From NCBI RefSeq assembly GCF_035594765.1, contig NC_085845.1, positions 173,616,897-173,680,896 of the forward strand: DNA of 64,000 nt, in the 5' to 3' direction. This document shows, piece after piece, positions 35,277-48,538 of this stretch. Each line of letters starts with the position of its first letter. Within the stretch, counting starts at the first letter, position 1. The translations under genes were made by a program, and so were the position numbers. The notes under the pieces are model-generated. The model was not told where the DNA came from and ran no database searches. It was given only the letters and a program-made list of their open reading frames with translations. The stretch is from Anolis carolinensis. Lineage: Eukaryota.

Positions 35277-38200
35277 CTATAAAGGGGAAAGAATAATAAT
35301 TAAAAACTCCCCTATGCAAGTCAGTTCCCAGTTTGTGCTTTTAAAACTCTTCATCCCTGACAACATTTCTTGCATGCGGACACACACCAAACTACACTTG
35401 AGTTCACCTTTTGTTTGGAAGGCACATGATGCCTTCTATCACTGAAGCTAAGTACCTCTGGCTCTGTTAAGCTGCTTGGATGAGAGACCACCTAGAAGGA
35501 GGCATAGCTCAGTGGAAGGGCAGAGTTTGCAGGCAGAATGTTCCAGATTCCATACCAGGAAGCCAGGCAATCCCCTGTTTGAGGCTCAGTGTGGGCCCTC
35601 TGGAAACTTTTCTAAGAATGGGGCTTTTAATGAGAGTAGGCAGCCAGGAGTTTTAAAATCACTTTTAATCCCCTAATGTTTTTTGATATCAGAATTCATT
35701 TCCATTTTAATATCATACATTTTTGTGCTTCTGTGTCTACAAAAAAAGAAAACACGCTGCAATATGTGTAACAGCTTTGGAAGTAAGGTGGGATACCACT
35801 GAGTAATTGTGCTCCTAAGAGAACAAGTGAGTTCGATCTCCTTAGAGCTAGGACAGAGTAGAAATGAAAGAAGATATCCTTGCATGATTCTCTTTTTGCA
35901 CTTCCTGTTCCTTGTGTACCTGAAATTACATCAGTCCATTCTACTCTCTTCTTCTAAAGTGTTACTTTATACGCAAAAAGAAGAGGACAGATCACGCAAT
36001 GAGTTCAATGGTGCATATTTTCAGGTAACTGTTATAGATTTGCTTTGTAAAACTCTGGCAATGGCCCAGCAAACACCAGCATACAATGGAAAATGAATAA
36101 ATAACACCTATGTTGTCAAAATCAAACTCATAACTGTGTATGAAATTAATCCAGCTGTTTAAACAATTGTTGTGCTACTTCCCAAAAGACTAAAGACAAT
36201 AATAGTGAGACTGTGTTGCTCTGGGTTTTCCAGGCTGTCTGGCTATGTTCCAGAAGCATTCTCTCCTGACATTTTGCCCACATCTATGGCAGGCATTGTC
36301 AGAGACTGTGAGGTCTGTTGGAAACTAGGCAAGGGAGGTTTATGTATCTGTGGAAGATCCAGGTTGGGAGAAACAACTCTCGTCTGTTTGAGGTAAGTGT
36401 GAATGCTGCAGTTGGACAGCTTGATTAGCATTTAATGGCTTTGCAGATTCAAAACCTGGCTGCTTCTTGCCTGAGAGAATCCTTTGTTTGGAGGTGTTAG
36501 CTGGCCATGACTGTTTCTTGTAGAATCATAGAATAGTAGAGTTGGAAGAGACCTCATGGGCCATCTAGTCCAACCCCCCGCTAAGAAGCAGGAAATCGCA
36601 TTCAAAGCACCCCCGACAGATGGCCATCCAGCCTCTGCTTAAAAGCTTCCAAAGAAGGAGCCTCCACCACAGTCTGGGGGAGAGAGTTCCACTGCCGAAC
36701 AGCCCTCACAGTGAGGAAGTTCTTCCTGATGTTCAGGTGGAATCTCCTTTCCTGTAGTTTGAAGCCATTGTTCCGTGTCCTAGTCTGCAGGGCAGCAGAA
36801 AACAATCTTGCTCCCTCCTCCCTATGACTTCCCCCTCACGTATTTGTACATGGAATTCCCTTGTTTTCTGGATGTTGTTGTTTTATTTACTGTTCTGATT
36901 TTAGAGTTTTTTAATATTGGTAGCCAGATTTAGTTCATTTTCATGGTTTCCACCTTTCTGTTGAAATTATCCATATGCTTGTGAATTTCAGTGGCTTCTC
37001 ACAACCTCTGAGGATGCCTACCATAGAGGTGGGTGAAACGTCAGGAGAGAATGCTTCTGGAACATGGCCATACAGCCTGAAAAATTCACAGCAACCCAGT
37101 GATTCCAGCCTTCAACACATACTGAGACTGTGTTTAGGAAGTAGATTGCCATCTTGTGGCAAGAGCAGGAATTGGGAAATTCTTCTGGATAAAGCTATTT
37201 AAGCTTTGAGAACACAATAGTTTAACAACTTGATGTTTTGAGGTCTAGAGCTCACTCTGTCCTGTATCTGAAGAAGTGAGTTTATATCCATGAAAGCTCA
37301 TGCGAAAATACAAATCGGTTAGTTTCAAAGGTGCTACTACAGTCCCTTTTCCTGGTCCCAAGCCTTTTTGATGCTGCTAGAGACTAATCTGGTCACTTCT
37401 TTGAAAACTAACTTGATGTGAATATACAAAGTCTAATATATTGAAAAATGACTGACACCAAGCCGATATAAAGTGAAGACTGGGGAAATCATTGCCTGTA
37501 GATGGGTGGCGGGTGGGAAAGTGGAAATTAAATCCTCCAACTTCAAAAAACAATTACCACAGTTTATTTCCCCCTAATGAATTTTACTTTCTACTTGGGA
37601 ACTTCATGGGCCATCAAGCTGGGGATGCAGGGGAAGAAGAAAAATAAAAATAACAACACTTTACTGGGGGGGGGGGGGCATTAAAAAGAAAGAGCTCTGC
37701 AACTCCTTTTCAATCACAATTTCTTTCTATGAACTCACTTTCATTTCCCACAGTTGTTAGCCATTTGGCAGAACCTCATGTTCTGAAATGCAAGTCCACC
37801 ACTATTATATCTAGCTAGGACTGCAAAGGCATACCAAGCAGGTGGCAAGAGCAGAGCTTATAAAACATGTATTTTTGGCTAACGGTCCATGCTTTTAACC
37901 AGCCAACCAGAGCTTAGAAAAATTAATGTTTTGAGTTACAACCCTCAGAATTTCCCCGCCACCATGACTATGACTTTTTATCATATGCAAGAGTCCTTTG
38001 CTTGTTGTTTTAATTGCTATCAAGTTGTCTCCAGCTTAATGGCAACAATATGAATGAGAGGCTCCAAAATACTCTGCCTTCAACAGTCCTGCTCAGGTCT
38101 TGTAGACCCAAGATTGTGGCTTTCTTCATGGAGTCTCTGCGCCTGTAATGCAATCTCATTCTTTCCGTACTATCTCCCACTTTACCAAGCATGATTGTCT

Positions 38201-41200
38201 TTTCAATGGGTTTATGTTGCCCTTGGTCAAAGTACAATTTTGTTAATTTCAGTCTTCATTTGCTCTAAAACCCATTTATTGGTCATTTTGGCAGTACGTA
38301 CACACTTTCCACAGAATTCTCCTTTTGCAACTCATTTCAACAGAATTGTTTTTCCCTGCACTATCAGCTCATTTAACAACCAGACACACATCAGAAATAC
38401 AATGACATGGGCAATCTTGATTTTGGTATTCCATGATATCTCTTTACACTTGAGCATCTTATCTAGTGCCTTCATAACTGCTCTTCCAAATCTGGATTTT
38501 CTTCCAATTTCTTGACTATAATAATTGACTAGTTCATATCGCCATCATCCACTTTTGAGCCCCCGGTGGCGAAATGGGTTAAACCCTTTTGCCAACAGGA
38601 CTGCTGACCAACAGGTCGGCAGTTCAGATCCGGGGCGAGCGGGTGAGCTCTCTCTCTCAGCTCCAGCTCCCATGCAGGGACATGAGGGAAGCCTCCCACA
38701 AGGATGGTAAAATACCAAACATCCGGGCATCCTCTGGGCAACGTCCTTGCAGACAGCCAATTCTCTCAAATCAGAAGCAACTTGCAGTTTCTCAAGTCAC
38801 TCCTGACATGAAAAATAAAAATACATGTATTAGTTTTATATGTTCTTTTACCTGGGGTTATGCATCTAATTTGTCATTGTTCTCCGCTTCGATAATCAGG
38901 AAAAGATGGGTAAGAAATTATTATTGTTATTACTATTATTGTAATTCCTATCATCAATGATCTCCCCCCTCTGACCTGTTTTTTCAATGTTCAACTGCAA
39001 TCCTACGTTGCATTTTCCTCAGCAGCAGTGATCCTAAGTCTTTGTTATTTTCCAACAGTGGTATGGTATGATGTACATATCATAAACTGTTCATGGTCCT
39101 GTTTCCAAATTTCACACCTTCAGGAACAATTTCATCAGGGATACGTTTGCCAGTGGATCAAAAAGAGTAATAAGAAGGCAACCCCTCAACTCACTTCAGC
39201 AATCCCTTCAGAGATCTGACAGGATAATCTGAACTGGTTTTGAGGTAAAAGAAGAGTTCATCATACCTCTGAGACAGCAAAGGTTCTTTAGATTTCTTAG
39301 GCAATGTAGGCTGGTTGGAGGTATCCTCTTTTTCCACGCCACCTTCTTCTCCCTGGAAAAGCCACATGAACCCGGATATTATCATCACTCAGAAGCAAAC
39401 TTTGGCCCTCCAGGTGTTCTGGACTTCAACTCCCACAATTCCTAACAGCTGGTGGGTGATAAAGTCCAAAACACCTCTTTTTGCCCAAAGTTTAACCATG
39501 CCTGGGTTAGAGCCACAAGCACTTCATGACATCACAGCAAAACAAATTTGGTGGAACCGTTTTGTTATCTATGTGAACATTTCCCCAACCTCAACTAAAA
39601 AGTAATTCCTAGTGTAACAGGAATGTTATCTGCAAAGCACATTTCAGTTTCTGTGCTGGGTGTTTCAATTCCTCTGATCAGTGGAACTGCAGATGCAACC
39701 CATGGGTTGAATGGAAGTTGTTCCACAAACTGGAGGGAGATCTAAACCAGGAGTAGGAATCCTGGACTATAAAATGCATCAGCCCTACCCAGAATAGCCA
39801 AGGTGAGGAACGCTGGGATTTACAACCCCAACGATATCTGGAGGACTACAGGACTGCAACCTCAGTTTATGAAGATAACCAAGCTGGCAATTAAAAGCCC
39901 CTAAATACTTTATCTGGACACTACTCCCCTGCGTATACATACTCACAAAAAGGCTACCTTGTGAAAGAGGGGTGAGCCAGTGGAAATTTAGGAGGCCATA
40001 TTAGCCCTTGGCAGAACTTTGAGGGTTGCACCTGCTCCAACAATTAACCAACCAGTTTCTTTAAAAATTGCAAAAACATCTAGGGAATATGGGGTCTTTT
40101 CCAACCTATTCCTGATTGCAAAAAAGACCCCTTCTGAGCCTTATTCAGCCTGGGAAGAGGCATAAAATGTGGAAATGCACGCTCATCCCCTATTGCAGGG
40201 CTTCTTGAATTTTTCCAATCACAACCTCTTTTGGCCCAAGAAATGTTTACATGACCCCAGGTATATAGGTATACAAAATAAATATAGAAATCAAACATTT
40301 ACTGTTAACAAATCAGCATTTGCAAGGCTTGCTGTACAGGATGATTTTCCCTTTTACAAAGCACAGCTGAAGCATTTTCTGCAGAGATAACTGTAAACAC
40401 TGTACAATAGGTAAGTGTAAATATCTACAAAAGCCACTAGGTGACATTCAGAAACCTTTTACTATTGCCAACTTAATTAATAGTAATAGTAGTAATAATA
40501 ATAATAATTTTTATTTATTTATACCCCGCCATCATCTCCCCAACGCTCTAGGCACTCTCCTCCATATATAAATATATCTCAATTAATCAATACAAAAAGC
40601 AAGTTCCAAAACACTGTAAGAAATGCTAAAAAAAATTAAACTGCAGATTAAAAAGCACTGGCCATCATCCCATTAGAACGGTCTACCTTGAAAGGGTAAT
40701 TAGAACCAGTAGGATAGATGAACACACAGATGTTTGACGTGTAGTAGTCAGGCACTACTGAAATTAAGTTTAAATAAAGAAAACGAAAGGCATATTCTTT
40801 CTTCCGACCATCCACCCATTGCCTTCTACATAATGAATGTTAACTTGCACAATAATCCCTGGATCCCCAGGCATCAAGAAGATTCTGAGATTTGCTAATC
40901 AAGATGATAGCTTTTCCAGACTCTCCACAAGCCAACTGAAAAGCATTACCTTCTCCTCCTGGGCGTCCAGTCCTAGAAGGCGTGCTCCTGAAAGGTCCAG
41001 GTCACTGACTGTAGTAACGGTGACCGTGTGGCCTGGGTGGTCGTAGCTCACAGACTCTGTCCGGGATGTCACCAGATGCTCTAATTCATCAGCTTCCTCT
41101 GAGAATGCAAAAGAAGGAATATGCTGAAATGATACGTATCACAGTAGCTTCTCCAATAAAATGGCTGGGAAAATAGCACTGAAAGAAAACATCTTAAGTT

Positions 41201-44200
41201 TGAACTTTCAGATTTGTTACTTTATATACAGTGTCACCTCTGCACCTGCTGGACTGGCACCTGTGCTTTCAGTTACACATATTTGACAAAATATAGGTAA
41301 TTTATAAATCTTCAGGCAATTCTATAGTATGCTTCTGCCAGAAATTACTTAGGAGTTGCCCCAAAGAGCATAGCAAATTCCTAGGGAGTTCTATCTCTAG
41401 GAATTTTTTAAGTTATCCAAGCTGACTCTATGATAACATCTATGATAATATCAGGCTTTGTTATTGTTGGAGATAGCAATCTTCTCAAGCCTCCTCTATC
41501 TAATGTATTGTCTGTTTATAATGTGTTGTTTATTTCCTGAAGAGTATGTCTTTTTTGTTTTGTAGCTTCCCTAGCTCTATGCACTTGAGGCAGTGGGAGG
41601 GGCTGCAGTTCATGTGACTGGTTCAGTGACAGTTTAGAATGCAGTTTTAAAAAAGGGTGACAGTTGAGGTTTGAGTCTGTTTGAGTACAGAAGTCAGTGT
41701 TAGAAGTTAGAAGTCAGCTGTGGCTTGAGTTCCTTGGAAGTAGACTGTTATTAAAGACAACTGTACAGAGCAATATAGTTTTTAAGAGACTGTTAAAGAC
41801 TATAAGTTAAAGATACAAACTGAAATGTTTTAAAGTTTAACCTGACAAGAAATGTATCTGTATATTTAAATACATTAAGTTGTGAATAAAAGAAATGTTA
41901 TTTTAAAGAAGTCTACTTGAATCTTTGTCTGCTGAGAGCATCGAATAGAAACCAGATATTTATGCGCCCAGTGATCTTTCATTACACAATAAACTCAAGG
42001 AACACTCCTGAAACTTTGCTACACAATAGGCTTACGATCCTAACAATTCATAATTCCCTATATGTTATAATCCTAACAGGTCATAATCCAATAGTCCAAT
42101 AGTTCTTACCCAGACTTTCCTATTTCCACACTATTCCAAGAATGTATCCCCACAGACACAGGGGATGTACTGCATTGCTTCTTCCGATATCATACAACAC
42201 ATAATTGGGATAGAAATCCATCAACTAGTATTGCAGTTAGATGGTCCTTATTGAGATTCTAGGGCAAAGCTTTCCATACTGTGTGTTGTGAGACATTAGT
42301 GTATTGGCTGCAGCATATAGGTGCACAAACATGAGAAACTTGTGAGTCTAAGTGAAATAAGCATTAAACCACATATTTTAATATATAAATGAAGATTTTC
42401 ATGAGATATGTTGTGTCCCCATACATTTTATTATTGCAATTTATGTATGCCTCTGTTTCTCTTATATGAATTTGGTTTTAACCTCTGGTTTGCTAGTAAA
42501 ACTGAATTACTGTGTTGTGAAATTATGTGTGTCTAAAAAGCGTGTCACCAACATGAAATGCTTGGAAAGCTCTGTTCTAGGGAATCTAATACCTACCACA
42601 ATCCTTCTGCCTTTCATTGAGTCTGTAGAAGACATTATAGACAAATGTCCTTCAAATGTTGAGCGGACATAATTTGGATTTTATATGTCAGTGCCGAAGA
42701 GGCCTGAGGGGATCCCACACAATTGCTCACTATCTAAAAGTATCAAAATTCATGGCTAAAAAACAAACAGTAACATATAATTAGTAAGCACCTAGAAGCA
42801 ACATTGGAAGCCTATCTTTTTCACAACTGCTTCATTGCCCAGACCTAAGCAACTTTCCTGTGATCCGGTCTCACTCAGAGAAAAAATCCCCAACTCTTGC
42901 ACAGGACAGAAAATGAAATGCTGTCCATACTTCAAGCATGCTCATTTCAAGTCTTCTGCTCCCTTCTTTCTCCAACCCTTCACAATGGTTATACCTTTAG
43001 AAAGGACACTCACCTAAGGCATCTTCTCTTTCCTTCAACATTTTCATGTATTCCTTATGTCTCTAAAAGGCAAGCAAAATAAACAAAATTCCAGTATAAT
43101 AGAATGTTTTTCAAATAATTAACTGTTTGCATGTTCTTGTGTAAGAGTTGGGACACTGGCAGTTTGGGCTACTGGGGCACACAATGTAGGCAACCACATC
43201 GGGAAATATGGCCGAATGAACCTAGTGGTGTTTACTTTGGGATAAGCATGCATGGGATGAGGAAACATTTCTATAACTGGAAAAAGAAGTAAAATAATAG
43301 GAAAGGTGATCAAGAACAGTGAACAAGTGCAAGTCTGCATCCTCTTAGCTACAATAGGTATATGAGGAGAAGTCAACAGAAAAATGTCTAGAATTAAGCC
43401 TAATTAATACCGTGGGGTTTAAACAAGGCATGGGCAAACTTTGGCTCTCCGGGAGTTTTGGACCAACTCCCACAATTCCTAACAGCCTACTGGTTGTCAG
43501 GAATTATGGGAGTTGAAGTCCAAAACACCCACAGGGCCAAAGTTTGCCTGTGTCTGGATTAGACGATATGCCGCATTTGGTATCACAAGAATGGAAATCA
43601 CAAGGCTCTCCGGATGCTATCCTTGAATGTTAAGGTTTAAAGAATGATGGGAGTTGCAGTCCATTATCATGTAAAGGTGCTGGGTTTGAAGCCATGTGGT
43701 GTTTTCGTCTGCAAGTCATCCCTCGCCTAATTTCTTCCATCTGTCACGCCAACTGCAGAACCCCTTCTCTCAAGTAGACCACCCCCAAAGAGAGCGGTAC
43801 CTCTTCCTTCATTTTCTTCTGTTCTTCCTTCAGCTTGCGCCTGATCTCCTCCATGGCTATTTTCCTCCTCTCAACCTTACGTTTGTGGAAGCCGGTCAGG
43901 TACTCACTGGGAAGAGGAAAAAGATTGCAGTAAGTTAGAGACACAGGAAGAAAGGCAGTCTTTCTTCTTCAACGCACTTCCATGCACATGGGAAGAAAAA
44001 GGTAAAGCATTTGCCTGCATAAACATCCCATAGCTTATTTTGTCATGTTAAAACAATTATTTATCTTATTTATTTATCCTGCCAGAAGCTAATTAAGAAT
44101 ACAGTTATAATGTATAGAAAAACCACAAAGTTAAAAACTTGGCATTGTACTAAATTTCCTTTGACCAGAGGCTGGCCACTTGAGTGCCTTTGGTGTTGCT

Positions 44201-46373
44201 GTAAGAAGGTCCTCCATTGTACATGTAGCTGGGCTCAGACTCATTTGTAGTAGGTGGTCTGTGGTTTGGTTTGCTCTTCTCTGCACTCACATGCCGTGGA
44301 CTCCACTTTGTAGCCCCATTTCTTAAGGTTAGCTTTGCATCTCATGGTGCCAGAGCGCAGTCTGTTCAGCGTCTTCCAAGTCACCCAGTCTTCCATGTGC
44401 CCAGGAGGGAATTTCTCATCTGCTATCAGCCATGGATTGAGGTTCTGGGTTTTAGCCTGCCACTTTTGGACTCTCGCTTGCTGAGATGTTCCTGAGAGTA
44501 TTTCTGTAGATCTTAGGAAGCTGTTTCTTGATTTAAGGCATTGGCATACTGGCTGATATCCAAACAGGGGATGGACCGGAGATGTCACTGCCTTGGTCCT
44601 TTCATTATTGGCTGCTACTTTCCTGCAGAAATCAGACAGTGCAATATCGGCTAAACTGTATAATTTCTCCAGCGGTGTGGGCCATAAACATCCTGTGATA
44701 ATGCGGCATGTCTCATTAAGAGCCACATCCACTGTTTTAACATGGTGAGATGTGTTCAACACTGGGCATGAGTACTCAGCAGCAGAGTAGCAAAGTGCAA
44801 GGGCAGATGTCTTCACTGTGTCTGGTTGTGATCCCCAGGTTGTGCCAGTCAATTTTCGTATGATGTTATTTCTAGCACCCACTTTTGGCTTGATATTCAA
44901 TAAGTCAGAGCACGGTCCAGGGTAACTCCCAGGCCTTTTGGTGTGCTGCAATGCGCCAGTGGGATTCCTTCCCAGGTAATCCTCGGGGCTCGAGATGCTT
45001 GTCTGTTCTAAAGTTATCGAGGTGTTTTTGCAAGAAGGGCTTTTAAAATATTTGTATGGATCTACAAACCAAAATAATTGTAGTACAGTATTCCAGACTG
45101 TAAAGAATGGGGATACTGGTTACAATTAGGCCCCCATCTAAACAGCCATATAAAATCCAGATTAACTGCTTTGAACTGGGTAATATGGCAATGTAGACTC
45201 AGGCCCCTTCTACACTGCCCTACAGATCATCATATCAGATATGATAGGATGCTTTTATGTTAAGCCGTTTTGAATCCCCTTTGGGAGAGATAAAGTGGGG
45301 TATAAATAAATATAATAATAATCCACTTTACCTGCTTTGAACCAGATTATTTGAGTCTACACTGCCATATAATCCAGTTCAAAGCAGATAATTTGGATTT
45401 CATATGGCAGTGTAGGGGCCCTTCCAGACAGACCATATATCCCAGGATCTGATCCCAGGTTTTCTGCTTTGAAGTGGATTATACCGTGTTTCCCCGAAAA
45501 TAAGACAGTGTCTTATATTAATTTTTGCTGCCAAAGATGTGCTAGGTCTTATTTTCAGGGGATGTCTTATTTTTCTATGAAGAAGAATTCACATTTATTG
45601 TTGAACAAAAAATGAACATTTATTATATATTGTACAGTAGTTGTCATCACAAACCAACATAACCAGACAAACTATGAATCATATCAAGAATTTCTTGTTA
45701 CTACCATTATTTCCATGTACAACTGGTATGTACATTTACCAATCCTGCATGCTCTGGTGTTCTGTTTGGCAGGCGCTGGGCATGCTTCCAGACAAAAACT
45801 TTGCTAGGTCTTACTTTCGGTAGAGGCCTTATATTTAGCAATTCAGCAAAACTTCTACTAGGTCTTATTTTTCGGGGATGTCTTATTTTCGGGGAAACAG
45901 GGTATGAGTCCGTACTGCCAGATAATCTAGGATAAACAGAAAATCTGGGATCAGATTCTGGGATATAGGGCCTGTCTGGATGAGCTCTATGTGGGGCCTT
46001 AGTCAGCACTATACATATATCAGTTTCAGTCCATTTAGGGTGCATCTAGAATTAATGCAGTTTGATACCACTTTAATTAAACGGCCTTAAAGCCATGGAA
46101 TCATAGCAGTTTTGCAAGGTCTTTAGCTTTCTCTGCCAAGGAGTGCCAGTGTCTCACCAAACTGTACCTCCCAGGATTCCATAGCATGGGGCCGTGGCAA
46201 TTAAAGTGGGATAAAACTGCGTTAAGTCTACAGTGTAAACGCGCCCCTTGCTCTTGCCCATGCACTCCTTCCCCACTGCTTCCCCGCTTCTCTCACCGCC
46301 GGTTTTCCTCGTCGAAAGTGACGATCCTCCGGAGTGCGGAGGATGCATCGCGTCTCTTCTTTTTGCGACCCAT
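35105..46373 (-). CDS. NOL12: Nucleolar protein 12 (Rrp17/Nop25 family), 212 aa; complement(46297..46373, 43801..43906, 43014..43062, 40950..41098, 39267..39352, 35105..35276)
   Basis: Six GT-AG exons (77,106,49,149,86,172 nt; total 639) give MGRKKKRRD...[22 protein letters not shown]...RHKEYMKML...[27 protein letters not shown]...[16 protein letters not shown]...[12 protein letters not shown], matching recalled human NOL12 along its length. Confidence 0.96.
36523..36850 (-). mobile_element. CR1 LINE 3' end (young)
   Basis: [34 protein letters not shown]...FKQRLDGHL; (attct)-type tail. Confidence 0.9.
37005..37045 (+). ncRNA. Minimal type-I hammerhead ribozyme motif in the Penelope pLTR
   Basis: CCU-CUGAGGA-U-GCCUAC-loop-GUGGGU-GAAAC-GUC-AGG: core boxes, stem I (CCU/AGG), stem II and palindromic ACGU stem III. 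Confidence 0.7.
38010..39020 (-). mobile_element. Degraded RTE-clade LINE fragments
   Basis: [11 protein letters not shown]...[15 protein letters not shown] resembles an RTE C-terminus; interrupted by a SINE. Confidence 0.7.
38556..38818 (+). mobile_element. tRNA-derived SINE (SINE2-type)
   Basis: gagcccccggtggcgaaatgggttaaaccc...ctcctgacatgaaaaa. Confidence 0.85.
39267..39352 (-). CDS. NOL12: NOL12 exon 5
   Basis: ttttccag|GGA ... CAGAG|gtatga; [28 protein letters not shown]. Confidence 0.9.
40950..41098 (-). CDS. NOL12: NOL12 exon 4
   Basis: ttctcag|AG ... AAG|gtaatg; [43 protein letters not shown]. Confidence 0.94.
42265..42574. mobile_element. hAT non-autonomous element
   Basis: TIR caaagctttcca / tggaaagctctg; perfect 8-bp TSD ttctaggg; related fragment near 2850-2930. 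Confidence 0.85.
43014..43062 (-). CDS. NOL12: NOL12 exon 3
   Basis: cttttag|AGA ... TTAG|gtgagt; [16 protein letters not shown]. Confidence 0.93.
43801..43906 (-). CDS. NOL12: NOL12 exon 2
   Basis: cttcccag|T ... GAG|gtaccg; [35 protein letters not shown]. Confidence 0.95.
44060..45010 (-). mobile_element. Vingi/Ingi-type LINE, about 0.95-kb 3' fragment
   Basis: ORF 44241..44951: [16 protein letters not shown]...[11 protein letters not shown]...[19 protein letters not shown]. Confidence 0.88.
45484..45902. mobile_element. Tc2-like non-autonomous element (second copy, opposite orientation) inside a palindromic MITE (45416-45985)
   Basis: TA|ccgtgtttccccgaaaataagac ... cttattttcggggaaacaggg|TA. 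Confidence 0.85.
46038..46246. mobile_element. Harbinger-type MITE directly next to NOL12 exon 1
   Basis: gggtgcatct...cagtgtaaacgcgccc. Confidence 0.75.
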
Positions 46374-46520
46374 TTGCTGGGCTTTTTCCGGCCAAAGCAG
46401 CCTGGCTTCCTCGCTCTCTTCCACGCCGAGCCTGGCGCCGCCTCTTCCGCCGCCGCCTTGGGCGGGCCATGGAACATCGCCCCCTGCCGGCCATTGGGTG
46501 CATCACTCCAAGGCGAGCAG
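46250..46520. promoter_or_regulatory. CpG island / NOL12 promoter
   Basis: Sharp GC and CpG enrichment over NOL12 exon 1 and upstream; CCAAT on the minus strand near 46492-46497; ETS-like CGGAAG on the minus strand near 46444-46449. Confidence 0.75.
46297..46373 (-). CDS. NOL12: NOL12 exon 1 (coding part)
   Basis: ATG at 46373; [25 protein letters not shown]; donor GGCG|gtgaga; lies in a CpG island. Confidence 0.93.
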
Positions 46521-47749
46521 CTCATCAGTGGAATAGGCTGAGTCTTGAAACAGCTTGGATAAATAGCCATTTTCCATCAGCTGTGTATTTCTGCATAGCC
46601 AGGGTTGCATAAATGCCCCTTAGGGTCCCTTCCAACCCTGTCATTTTATCATGAGGACTGTTCAGAATCATAGATATTAAGTGAATGGGTTCCTGACTGA
46701 AGCCAAAACAACATTTGCCTACAAACACAAAGATATAAAATGTCAATGATAAATCAATTGTTATACACAGTATAGATTAGTATTAAATGAAATACAGTTG
46801 GTACAGAATTTACAGTTACAATGGTATTTCTTTGTACATCCAAATCATTTCTAACTTGAGCAATGCAAATTCTATATGTAAACTTGCAGCTTGTAAAATC
46901 AATATGTTGAACCGACCAGCACGGTTACCACAACTAGTTTCAACTCTAGGTCTTCCTCAGGGGAATTTATCTGTGAATATTAGGTATATTAAATTAACAA
47001 GAGCGCATACCTATATCCACATATATACAGTTACAAATCTATTTGAAATACAATTTCACATTTTCATTAAAAAAAATCTTACATCCCTTTCAACAGTTTG
47101 TATTCATGTATCCATTTTCAATGGTGGGTTCTAAACAAAAGGAACAAACAGTGGCTATCACAAATTGACAGTATATAGGTGAGAATTTAAGAAGTTTATA
47201 TATATATCCACATACTCATAGTGTCTATAATTTCATGTGCTCCTATAATACTCTGCTGAATATAGGTTTGTTCTTATTGCAAGTATGGGGTATTCTTTGA
47301 GATTACTCTTAATATAATGGGAGAATTATCATCAGATTGATTCATATTAAGAGTAATTTTGTTTAGAATCCACACAAAGACTACTTAATTTTGTCTCTTG
47401 AAAGCATGATTTAAACCAAGGTGTTTTAAGGGAGAGTAGATGTGTTTTCGGCCACTGAAATATCACTTCTGAAACTCTGGTATATTTTTGTGCATTGGCA
47501 TCTCTCTGAACCTAGACAATAGGTTCAGTCTAATAACTGAAGACAATTTGCCTTGCATGAATATTAGTGGATATTTACTACTAAAGAGAAGATTCACTCA
47601 AACGGGTTTTTAGCTCTTCTCTGGAATTCATGCCTTTCCCAAAAGGTTATGTGTTCAAAAGGTTTTGAATGACTTTCCCCAAAATGTTATGTCTCTAATG
47701 GGTCATGCTTTCCCCAAAAGCTACAGCCATAGTTTGGTAAGGAACCAGC

Positions 47750-47922
47750 AATAGGTACCATTCTGGCAGGAAGGTAACGGCGCTCCATGCAGTCATGCCA
47801 GCCACATGACCTTGGAGGTGTCTATGGACAATGGCGGCTCTTCGGCTTAGAAATGGAGATGAGCACCAACCCTCAGAGTTGGACACGACTGGACTTAATG
47901 TCAGGGGAAAACCTTTACCTTT
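47750..47922 (+). mobile_element. Sauria SINE 3' part
   Basis: ...gagttggacacgactggacttaatgtcaggggaaaacctttacctt. Confidence 0.85.
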
Positions 47923-48538
47923 CATATGCAACCTAAACCGCCACATATTTAGATTTTGCTAAAAACCACAGCCTCTCAATCTTTTTGCCTTGATTTTTTT
48001 CTCTTGAAAGGCCATTTGCCAGTTCCACAAAAGGCCAGCTCATTGCAACATGTTTTCATTGCATATATTTTATTATGTGTGCTCTGAGATCTTTTATCAG
48101 GCCAGGAGGCACAGCAACACAGAGTGTTGTTCACAGTGGAGCAAAGCGAGGTGTGCTGCTCTGCGCATTGCTGCCGCTTATTTTCCTTTTCCTGTAGTTG
48201 TCCATTCACCCTACGTGAGCAGTGGAAAAACCGGTTCTGTGGTTAATAACTGTACTTCCCCTGACATTCACCACCACAGTCTCGGCCTCATTTGCTGCAG
48301 CCACAGTTGCTGCCTTTTGGGTCTAAAAACCACCTCTGCCTGAGCTTGCTTCGTCTTGCCTAACCCTCTCCCAAAGGGGCTGGGTAGTTGTTCTTCCTGA
48401 AAATCTTTGCTTTTCCATCCAAAGGAGGGGAGGGTCCTGTCTTTCTGACTCTTCTGCAATCTGAAGGTGTGTTCGCAGGTAAAGAGGAAGTGACATTTGC
48501 TCTGCCTGGAGGGCTCCAAAGCAACAGGAGAAAAGGCA

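Larger units (their letters stand above)
36211..37120. mobile_element. Penelope-like element with inverted arms and a CR1 inserted
   Basis: Minus arm to about 37000, plus arm 36998-37120; TSD tgagactgtgtt. Confidence 0.85.

Noticed and set aside
44241-44951. 236-aa ORF as a gene or active element
   Set aside because: 5'-truncated Vingi-type LINE fragment that loses frame near the end and lacks the RT core
46228-46506. Protamine-like peptide MARPRRRRKRRRQARR
   Set aside because: Arg-rich reading of CGG/AGG-rich CpG-island sequence, out of frame with NOL12 exon 1; kept only as a possible uORF
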